Assembly: GCA_029213305.1 (NCBI GenBank)
Contig: JARGPA010000009.1
Location: 38,004 to 102,003, forward strand
Source of the DNA: Phycisphaerales bacterium
GTDB taxonomy: Bacteria > Planctomycetota > Phycisphaerae > Phycisphaerales > UBA1924
Reading direction: 5' to 3'
Length of the DNA: 64,000 nucleotides
Position 1 is the stretch's first letter. Every line of letters starts with the position of its first letter. The translations under genes were made by a program, and so were the position numbers. The notes beneath the pieces were generated by a model. It made no database searches and was not told where the DNA came from. It worked only from the letters and a program-made list of their open reading frames with translations. Of this stretch, positions 38,679 through 45,581 are shown one piece after another.

Positions 38679-39224
38679 ATGAATGATGCTACAGGGTTCG
38701 ATTTCCGTCAATACCATGCAGAGCACAAGATCGCAATGATCGTGGCGTGTTCCGAGAACAGAGTGATTGGTGCTCAAGGTGACCTCCCTTGGCATTTGCC
38801 TGGTGATCTCAAGCATTTCATGAGATCGACACGAGGGTGCAGCGTCATCATGGGACGAAAAACCTTCGAAACGCTCGATAAACCATTGCCCAATCGTCTT
38901 AATATCATTTTATCAAGGACTATGAGCGATGATCGTACTGATGGTGTTCGTGTCGCTCAGAGTTTGGATGTAGCAATAGAGATCGCAGAGTCTTCTGGGC
39001 TCGAGATGCCTATCTGGATCGCCGGCGGGGGACATATATATAGGATGGCGCTCGAACAGACGGATTTGGTGGTTCGGACACTCGTTCATGCTCAAGTGGA
39101 AGGGGATACTGAGTTCCCGTTGCTTGATAGTGATGTGTGGGAGATTGATAGATCGGTACATTGCGATGCAGATGAGAAGCATCCGCACTCATTCACAATT
39201 GAGTGGTGGACCCGTCAAAGTTGA
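38679..39224 (+). CDS. folA: Dihydrofolate reductase
   Basis: IAMIVACSENRVIGAQGDLPWHLPGDLKHFMRSTRGCSVIMGRKTFETL and WIAGGGHIYR. Confidence 0.9.
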   Translation: MNDATGFDFRQYHAEHKIAMIVACSENRVIGAQGDLPWHLPGDLKHFMRSTRGCSVIMGRKTFETLDKPLPNRLNIILSRTMSDDRTDGVRVAQSLDVAIEIAESSGLEMPIWIAGGGHIYRMALEQTDLVVRTLVHAQVEGDTEFPLLDSDVWEIDRSVHCDADEKHPHSFTIEWWTRQS

Positions 39225-39422
39225 AATTGTCAGGCCTGATAAAAAAAGTTATCCAGATTCATTTGCATTCTAAAAATCGTTGATTTCCGCATGTTGATGT
39301 CCAATTGGCTTTAGATGCGAAATTTCGCGGATTTGATTGCGTGAAAAACGGAGTTGGTTTTTGTCAGGGCCTTCGAATTGTTCAGGTTTCAAAAAAAAGC
39401 CCCTCAGATGAAGCAATTATGC

Positions 39423-39451
39423 TTGCAAGACGAATCCGGAATGGTTAACAT
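39423..39451 (+). promoter_or_regulatory. Candidate sigma70-type promoter for the first PEP-CTERM paralog
   Basis: TTGCAA-N17-TAACAT, about 90 nt upstream of ATG 39538. This is a pattern match only. Confidence 0.3.
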
Positions 39452-39537
39452 CGTCACGGGTCAGGAACGTTTTATCGTTCTTACGAAGGTATCTGGGTAC
39501 TTTTCCCAGAACCAAATATCACTGAGGAGAAAGAGAA

Positions 39538-40149
39538 ATGAAGACTACACTTGGACTTATCGCAGTTGCAGGTCTCGCTTCGGCAGCAGCAGCTGGTGGC
39601 GCAAGCCTTAGCATCGTTGCTTCAGCAGCTACAGTTGACACAACTGGCGCTTCAGCAACAGTAACTCTCGCTGTTTACGGCGACGCAGTTGGTACAGCAA
39701 TCGCTGGTGGCGAGTTCGCACTCACCGCTTCAGGCGGAGCTGGCCTTGTTTCAGACATGACCGGTGCTGCTGCAGCATGGGGTGCACTCGGCGGCCAAGA
39801 TAACGGCCACGCTGGTGACGGCAACTACAACGGATTGATCTTCGGTCAGTTGATCTTCCCTCCATTCATCAACCCAGCTGCAGAGTCAATGCTCGGCAAC
39901 GGTCCTGTCCTCTTGGGCAACATCACCGTTACCATCGCTGCTGACACTTCAGGTGTGATCGACTGGTCAACCGCTGCTGGTGCTGGCGACTTCATCCTTG
40001 AAGTATTCACTGATGACGGAGCTGCTGGTGTATTCGAGCAACTCACAGACGTTGCTCACGGATCAGCTTCACTCAACGTAGTACCTGCACCATCCGCTAT
40101 GGCTCTTCTCGGCCTCGGTGGACTCGTTGCTGGTCGTCGTCGCCGCTAA
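39538..40149 (+). CDS. PEP-CTERM-tailed secreted protein, paralog 1 (uncharacterised Ala/Gly/Thr-rich domain)
   Basis: RBS GAGGAGA. It has a signal peptide MKTTLGLIAVAGLASAAAAG, the core block GQLIFPPFINPAAESMLGNGPVLLG, and the tail VVPAPSAMALLGLGGLVAGRRRR. Codon choice is strongly C-ending. Confidence 0.85.
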   Translation: MKTTLGLIAVAGLASAAAAGGASLSIVASAATVDTTGASATVTLAVYGDAVGTAIAGGEFALTASGGAGLVSDMTGAAAAWGALGGQDNGHAGDGNYNGLIFGQLIFPPFINPAAESMLGNGPVLLGNITVTIAADTSGVIDWSTAAGAGDFILEVFTDDGAAGVFEQLTDVAHGSASLNVVPAPSAMALLGLGGLVAGRRRR

Positions 40150-40211
40150 TCGCTGCGTGACAACCGATTCAGTCGATAATCTTCGGATTTGACACTGTAC
40201 TGAATCAATAT

Positions 40212-40250
40212 CCCCCGATCGGGTTTTCCCGATCGGGGGTTCTTTTTTTT
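40212..40250 (+). terminator. Rho-independent terminator of paralog 1
   Basis: CCCCCGATCGGG-TTTT-CCCGATCGGGGG forms a 12-bp stem, followed by TTCTTTTTTTT. Confidence 0.85.
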
Positions 40251-40523
40251 GATATATGGGAATTACAGATTCGGTATGGAAATAAAGATTATCGGCGATA
40301 ATTGGGATGAATACGTCAAATCAGCTTGAAAACAGCGATTCGTGATGTGTGGATTCTAAAAAACGCCCACAATTCGGCAAAAATGAGATCTGAATTTGGT
40401 AATCGACTGGCACCAACCCCGAAGTTGGATTACTTTTCGGTCAGGTCACGAACGAGTTGTTCGTTCCAACAGGTCAACGGTTAAAAAATAGAATCCATAA
40501 ACAAATTTGAGGAGAACTTCCAA

Positions 40524-41132
40524 ATGAAGAACGCAATCGCACTTATCGCAGTAGCTGGTATCGCAACAGTCGCATCAGCAGGTGGCGCAAACCTAAGCAT
40601 CGTCGCTTCGGCTTCAACCATCGACTCAACAGTTTCAACTTCATTCACACTCGCAGTATACGGCGACGCAACCGGAACAGCTATGGCTGGTGGTGAGTTC
40701 GCTCTTACAGCTTCAGGTGGTGCAGGCATCGTTACTGACATGGTCGGTGCAGCAGCAGCATGGGGTGCTCTTGGACAAGAAGATCTCGGCCACGGCGGAG
40801 ACGGCAACTACAACGGCCTCATCTTCGGTCAGTTGATCTTCCCTCCATTCATTAACCCTGCTGCAGACTCAATGCTCGGCAACGGTCCAGTTCTCTTGGG
40901 TAACATCACTGTTACTATCGCTGCTGATTCAGCTGGCGTAATCGACTGGTCAACCGCAGCTGGTGCTGGTGACTTCATCCTTGAAGTATTCACCGACGAC
41001 GGAGCTGCAGGTGTATTCGAGCAGCTCACAGCTGTAGGTCACGGATCAGCACGTGTAAACGTTGTTCCTGCTCCATCAGCAATGGCAATGCTCGGCCTCG
41101 GTGGTCTCGTTGCAGGTCGTCGTCGCCGCTAA
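40524..41132 (+). CDS. PEP-CTERM-tailed secreted protein, paralog 2
   Basis: RBS GAGGAGA. It is collinear with and highly similar to paralog 1, with the core GQLIFPPFINPAADSMLGNGPVLLG and the tail VVPAPSAMAMLGLGGLVAGRRRR. Confidence 0.85.
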   Translation: MKNAIALIAVAGIATVASAGGANLSIVASASTIDSTVSTSFTLAVYGDATGTAMAGGEFALTASGGAGIVTDMVGAAAAWGALGQEDLGHGGDGNYNGLIFGQLIFPPFINPAADSMLGNGPVLLGNITVTIAADSAGVIDWSTAAGAGDFILEVFTDDGAAGVFEQLTAVGHGSARVNVVPAPSAMAMLGLGGLVAGRRRR

Positions 41133-41185
41133 TCGCTGCGAAACGCCGACACAGTTGATATTCAACTGAATACGCAATCTTAAGT

Positions 41186-41220
41186 CCCCCGATCAGTTCG
41201 CTGATCGGGGGTTCTTTAAT
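41186..41220 (+). terminator. Rho-independent terminator of paralog 2
   Basis: CCCCCGATCAG-TTCG-CTGATCGGGGG forms an 11-bp stem, followed by TTCTTTAATTT. Confidence 0.75.
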
Positions 41221-41364
41221 TTGCGATACAACCTTTATAACTACAAGATTCCATCTTGTGTCACATTAGATATTAGAATAACTTATGTATAAGAGATTAT
41301 GTGATCTCATTTGGATTCGGTACGACCACGATTTTTAGTTCCGTAGATATGTGAGGAGAAAGAG

Positions 41365-41985
41365 ATGAAAATTGCATTAGGAATGATTGCACTCGCAGGT
41401 CTTGCAAATATCGCAAGCGCACAGTCCGCATCGTTGAGCATTGTGAGTCCAGTTGCAACAATCGATACATCTGGAGGCTCAGTAAGCATTTCTCTGGAGA
41501 TCTTTGCGGATGTTGACTTTGGAACAGCAATCGCAGGAGGCGAGTTCGCACTTGATGGCACTGCTCCTGTCAATTCAGTCGCAAGTATGATTGGAGCTTC
41601 AGCAGCATGGGGAGAACTCGGATTCCAGGATAACGGGTATGCTGGAGACGCTGATTACAATGGGATGATCTTTGGACAGTTGATCTTCCCTCCATTCATT
41701 AATCCAGCTGTAGAGTCAATGCTCGGTAACGGCCCAGTCTTGCTTGGAACGGTAACAGTCGTAATCAATTCTCACACTTTTGGTGTCTGGGACTGGAATA
41801 CCGCTGCAGGATCAGGTGATTTCATGCTTGAGATTTATACTGATGACGGTGGCGCTGGAGTCTTTACCCAGTTGACTGCTGATGATATATCAATGGGTAG
41901 TGCTTCATTGAGTGTTGTTCCTAACCCATCTTCACTCGTGATTATTGGCGTTGGAGGTCTGATCGGTACTCGCCGTCGCCGCTAA
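41365..41985 (+). CDS. PEP-CTERM-tailed secreted protein, paralog 3
   Basis: RBS GAGGAGA. It has the signal peptide MKIALGMIALAGLANIASA, the core GQLIFPPFINPAVESMLGNGPVLLG, and the tail VVPNPSSLVIIGVGGLIGTRRRR. Confidence 0.85.
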   Translation: MKIALGMIALAGLANIASAQSASLSIVSPVATIDTSGGSVSISLEIFADVDFGTAIAGGEFALDGTAPVNSVASMIGASAAWGELGFQDNGYAGDADYNGMIFGQLIFPPFINPAVESMLGNGPVLLGTVTVVINSHTFGVWDWNTAAGSGDFMLEIYTDDGGAGVFTQLTADDISMGSASLSVVPNPSSLVIIGVGGLIGTRRRR

Positions 41986-42036
41986 TCGCTGCGAAACGCC
42001 GACACAGTTGATATCCAACTGAATACGCAATCTTAA

Positions 42037-42070
42037 GCCCCTCGATCAGTTCGCTGTTCGGGGGGCTTTA
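42037..42070 (+). terminator. Degenerate copy of the paralog-2 terminator, downstream of paralog 3
   Basis: GCCCCTCGATCAG-TTCG-CTGTTCGGGGGGC has two stem mismatches relative to a perfect hairpin, and its T tract is weak. Confidence 0.45.
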
Positions 42071-42216
42071 ATTTGCGATACAGCCTTTAAAACAACAAGA
42101 TTTCATCTTGTGTCACATTAGATATTAGAATAACTTATATATAAGAGATTATGTGATCTCATTTGGATTCGGCACGACCACGATTTTTAGTGCCGTAGAA
42201 ATGTGAGGAGAAAGAG

Positions 42217-42837
42217 ATGAAAATTGCATTAGGAATGATTGCACTCGCAGGTCTTGCAAATATCGCAAGCGCACAGTCCGCATCGTTGAGCATTGTGAGT
42301 CCAGTTGCAACAATCGATACATCTGGAGGCTCAGTAAGCATTTCTCTGGAGATCTTTGCGGATGTTGACTTTGGAACAGCAATCGCAGGAGGCGAGTTCG
42401 CACTTGATGGCACTGCTCCTGTCAATTCAGTCGCAAGTATGATTGGAGCTTCAGCAGCATGGGGAGAACTCGGATTCCAGGATAACGGGTATGCTGGAGA
42501 CGCTGATTACAATGGGATGATCTTTGGACAGTTGATCTTCCCTCCATTCATTAATCCAGCTGTAGAGTCAATGCTCGGTAACGGCCCAGTCTTGCTTGGA
42601 ACGGTAACAGTCGTAATCAATTCTCACACTTTTGGTGTCTGGGACTGGAATACCGCTGCAGGATCAGGTGATTTCATGCTTGAGATTTATACTGATGACG
42701 GTGGCGCTGGAGTCTTTACCCAGTTGACTGCTGATGATATATCAATGGGTAGTGTTTCAGTATTTATGATACCTGCGCCTTCATCTATCGCACTTATTGG
42801 ACTCGGTGGATTGATTGGTACTCGTCGTCGTCGCTGA
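42217..42837 (+). CDS. PEP-CTERM-tailed secreted protein, paralog 4 (identical to paralog 3 except for the tail)
   Basis: The first 179 residues are identical to paralog 3. The tail is VSVFMIPAPSSIALIGLGGLIGTRRRR. Confidence 0.85.
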   Translation: MKIALGMIALAGLANIASAQSASLSIVSPVATIDTSGGSVSISLEIFADVDFGTAIAGGEFALDGTAPVNSVASMIGASAAWGELGFQDNGYAGDADYNGMIFGQLIFPPFINPAVESMLGNGPVLLGTVTVVINSHTFGVWDWNTAAGSGDFMLEIYTDDGGAGVFTQLTADDISMGSVSVFMIPAPSSIALIGLGGLIGTRRRR

Positions 42838-42870
42838 GAACATTCGTCCGTAAACTGAGTTAAAAAATAG

Positions 42871-42904
42871 ATACCCCATAGCAGTCTGCTGTGGGGTATT
42901 TTGT
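42871..42904 (+). terminator. Rho-independent terminator of paralog 4
   Basis: ATACCCCATAGCAG-TC-TGCTGTGGGGTAT forms a stem with one G-U pair, followed by TTTTG. Confidence 0.7.
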
Positions 42905-42997
42905 GTAACCCACTAAAGAGTGGGTCTCGTAAAGACATGAATGTGGTACTCTTGTTGTGAGTACTGATCATCCATCGAAAAGAGTCGAAGGGAAGTA

Positions 42998-43606
42998 TTG
43001 ATGAACCGGACAGTTTGCATCTTCGCATTTGCAGGTCTCGTAACCCAAGCGTCAGCGCAGAATTATATTCTTCGAATCGAAGGCGGCCCGCAACAAGTAA
43101 ATACCAGCTCAGGATCTGTCTCAATCACCCTCGATGTGATCGGAGATGCAGAAGAAGGTCTTGGGACTCACATGCTTTGGGGGAGCTTTGCTCTCGAATC
43201 AATCGGTTCAGCGGTTATCGAAGATATCAGTTGGACCCATGCAGATTGGTCAGAGTTTAATATCGATGGTGGATACGACGGCCTAGGCGCTTACAACCGT
43301 ATCGAGTTCGGGCAATGGGAGGGATCAGGGTTCATTCCACGATCTGGTTCCGAACTTGGACAGTTGATCGGACAGTTCCAAATCACACTCGCACAGAGTG
43401 ATATTGCATCTGGGATGCTCGATTTTAGATTGTTACAATCAAGCTCATATGCTTTGAGCACTATTGATATCGATACAGGCGCATCGTATTACTCTACTCC
43501 TGAAGACTTAGTTCTGGAAGGGTTTTCGACGGTTGTAGTTCCTGCACCTTCAAGTGCGATGATCGTTCTGAGCGCTAGTCTTCTCTCGATTCGTCGAAGA
43601 CGATAG
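42998..43606 (+). CDS. PEP-CTERM-tailed secreted protein, divergent paralog 5
   Basis: It has the same length and outline as the other paralogs: signal peptide MMNRTVCIFAFAGLVTQASA, SGSVSITLDVIGDA, FGQWEGSGFIP, and the tail VVVPAPSSAMIVLSASLLSIRRRR. Sequence identity to paralogs 1-4 is low. Confidence 0.75.
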   Translation: MMNRTVCIFAFAGLVTQASAQNYILRIEGGPQQVNTSSGSVSITLDVIGDAEEGLGTHMLWGSFALESIGSAVIEDISWTHADWSEFNIDGGYDGLGAYNRIEFGQWEGSGFIPRSGSELGQLIGQFQITLAQSDIASGMLDFRLLQSSSYALSTIDIDTGASYYSTPEDLVLEGFSTVVVPAPSSAMIVLSASLLSIRRRR

Positions 43607-43608
43607 TC

Positions 43609-44148
43609 TCAGGGTGATTCCTCTGAATCGTCTGATTTTTCGGCTTCGAGGATCATGAAAGACAGAACGACAGCGCCATCTGCATATAGATCGAGTTGTG
43701 TTCGTTCTGGATGATATGCATCAACTTGTTGGAGAAGCTGGATGTATCGAGCTTCCTGTTGCATGACCCCTTGGGGTTCGGCGCAGTACATCCGGGTTGT
43801 TAAGATATCACTGAACTTGAGTCCTGCATCAGCTTTGCGGATGTAGTTCCCAGTGTATCGATTGCATCCTGCATTGCCATCGAGCCAGGTGTGTTCTTTA
43901 AGTTGGAGTTGGATGTTTGTTCCCGCGATTGGTGCGTGGCCTTCGATGAGGAACAGGTGCCATTCTTGTCCAGTGATCCATGCCCAATCTTGTTCTGCTT
44001 GTTGGATCGCGTTGACCATTGGGCGCGTATCGGTTCTTGGTTCAAGTTCTTTGTTCTTGTCTGCGCATCCTTGGATATTGAGCAATGTAAAACTAATGCA
44101 ACTGAAGATAAGAGTCTTCAAAAGAAAGCTTCTTAGTGATGTTGACAT
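43609..44148 (-). CDS. META-domain (HslJ-like) lipoprotein
   Basis: It has the lipobox-like LNIQGC, then WHLFLIEG...NAGCNRYTGNY...LKFSDILTTRMYCAEPQGVMQQEARYIQLLQQVDAY, the META-domain pattern. Confidence 0.75.
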   Translation of the reverse strand: MSTSLRSFLLKTLIFSCISFTLLNIQGCADKNKELEPRTDTRPMVNAIQQAEQDWAWITGQEWHLFLIEGHAPIAGTNIQLQLKEHTWLDGNAGCNRYTGNYIRKADAGLKFSDILTTRMYCAEPQGVMQQEARYIQLLQQVDAYHPERTQLDLYADGAVVLSFMILEAEKSDDSEESP

Positions 44149-44235
44149 GATTTGCTCTCCTGCAGTTCTTACGTCTCGATTTGCAGTTTAGTTCTTCAAG
44201 TGAATCGTCTCCACTTCTAGATTCTTACCATGAAT

Positions 44236-44742
44236 CTAACTGCTGAGCGATTGGTCAGGGATTCCTCCTAATGCGCCCATTGATACATCGTAGAGTTCAT
44301 GCATCTGAGCTTGAGCGAATTTTTGACCAATCAATGATGCCCAGTATATCAGAACTGCAAGGATAATGAAGAGCGGAATGAGCTTGGCAGCTGCAGGAGG
44401 TTTATTCATCATCCATTGAGCAACTCCAAACATTGCAGCAAAGAAACTTAATGTTGCAAGAGATATATATGTGAACATGAAACCTGTCCAAACACTGGGG
44501 TTGGGGCTGAATCGGCCTTTAATTGCTGATCCTGTCTCGAGTTGATGGACTTCGATGTTGAGCCAAGGAGACCAGAAATGTCTCGATTCTGGGGGGATCA
44601 CAAGCATGAGATGGTTACCAGCGATTCGTCCTGAGATTGGAAAGTCTGCATCATCTAGCAATGTGCTGAGTTTATGAATTGCTTCTTGGTCTTCCAGGGG
44701 AAACTCAATTCGAAAAGTTGGTCTCATCGGGGGAATCTGCAT
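44236..44742 (-). CDS. Hypothetical membrane protein
   Basis: 168-aa ORF with a soluble N-terminal half and two C-terminal TM helices. No motif was recognised. Confidence 0.5.
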   Translation of the reverse strand: MQIPPMRPTFRIEFPLEDQEAIHKLSTLLDDADFPISGRIAGNHLMLVIPPESRHFWSPWLNIEVHQLETGSAIKGRFSPNPSVWTGFMFTYISLATLSFFAAMFGVAQWMMNKPPAAAKLIPLFIILAVLIYWASLIGQKFAQAQMHELYDVSMGALGGIPDQSLSS

Positions 44743-44895
44743 TGGTTGCTCTTTACTGAATTTGCCTGAAGAGGATTGTGTGAGATCAGTAATGAGCGTA
44801 CCAGATTTGCTATATAAGCGATGTCTATATCCTCAATCTTTATGTGCAAAAAATGGAAAACCATGCACTCGATAAAGTGTGGGATATGATCTCGC

Positions 44896-45444
44896 ATGAA
44901 AACAGACAACGCGGTATCAAAGCTCGCTCAACTGATTTACGATGTCCCGGATTTTCCCAAGCCCGGAGTTGTCTATAAGGATTTCACTCCGATGCTCGCG
45001 GATCCTTCGGCGCTTGCTCTTGCGGTTGAGTTGATGGCGAATCCATATCGTGGAAAGGGTATCGATCTGGTTGTCGGGGCCGAGAGTAGAGGGTTTATCT
45101 TTGGGATTGCGATCGCTCAAGCACTCTCAGCGGGGTTTGTACCGGTTCGGAAGCCTGGAAAACTACCTCGCGAAGTGCACGGCGTTGAATATGATCTAGA
45201 GTACGGATCCGATCGACTTGAGCTTCATGAAGATGCGTTGTGCAAGGGTAATCGAGTCTTGCTTGTCGATGATCTCCTTGCAACTGGGGGGACGATGAGA
45301 GCAAGTTGCCAACTCGTAGAACGGACAGGTGCAGAGATCTACGGGATCACAGTACTGATAGAGCTTGATTTCCTCAATGGACGGAAACTTCTCGATGGGT
45401 ATGGAGACCTTCACTCTGTACTTCGGTATGAGGCTAACGACTAA
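44896..45444 (+). CDS. apt: Adenine phosphoribosyltransferase
   Basis: DFPKPGVVYKDFTPML, GAESRGFIFG and the PRPP-binding loop VLLVDDLLATGGT. Confidence 0.9.
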   Translation: MKTDNAVSKLAQLIYDVPDFPKPGVVYKDFTPMLADPSALALAVELMANPYRGKGIDLVVGAESRGFIFGIAIAQALSAGFVPVRKPGKLPREVHGVEYDLEYGSDRLELHEDALCKGNRVLLVDDLLATGGTMRASCQLVERTGAEIYGITVLIELDFLNGRKLLDGYGDLHSVLRYEAND

Positions 45445-45581
45445 AACGGTCTCAGATTCCGGGTGGAATCGGGTCTTGGAACATGCGAGTTTATGCGGGT
45501 TCGGAGCTATCATTCATTCCCGTCAACTCCAAGAGTTTTCGGGCAAGTATGATGCCCATTGAATTCTTGTAGGAACGAGCA

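Larger units (their letters stand above)
41120..42754 (+). repeat. Tandem direct duplication with an 852-bp period (two blocks of about 783 bp: 41120-41902 and 41972-42754)
   Basis: ATG 41365 and ATG 42217 are 852 nt apart. By eye, the 538 coding nt up to 41902/42754 are identical. The upstream intergenic parts differ by scattered substitutions. Identity stops abruptly at the tail-coding segment. Confidence 0.85.

Noticed and set aside
39354-39611. An 85-aa plus-strand ORF (TTG start) in the folA / paralog 1 intergenic region.
   Set aside because: It overlaps the paralog 1 start in another frame, has no RBS, and covers the likely promoter and leader.
39846-42425. Antisense ORFs inside the PEP-CTERM paralogs (39846-40046, 40481-40807, 40829-41029, 41297-41573, 42149-42425).
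   Set aside because: They recur only because the sense genes are repeated. Ala/Gly-rich GCN/GGN coding keeps the opposite strand open. There is no RBS or motif support, and some run across the sense-gene RBS and start.
42687-43124. A 145-aa minus-strand ORF spanning the paralog 4 / paralog 5 junction.
   Set aside because: It runs through the paralog 4 terminator hairpin and the paralog 5 start, has no recognisable features, and both sense genes are well supported.
45445-45581. A possible glycine riboswitch upstream of gcvP.
   Set aside because: The 137-nt leader lacks the conserved GGAGAG ... ACCGAAGGGGCAA-type aptamer cores as I remember them. Only a small unrelated hairpin (GGGCA-N7-TGCCC) is visible. 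A covariance-model scan (Rfam glycine riboswitch model) would settle it.
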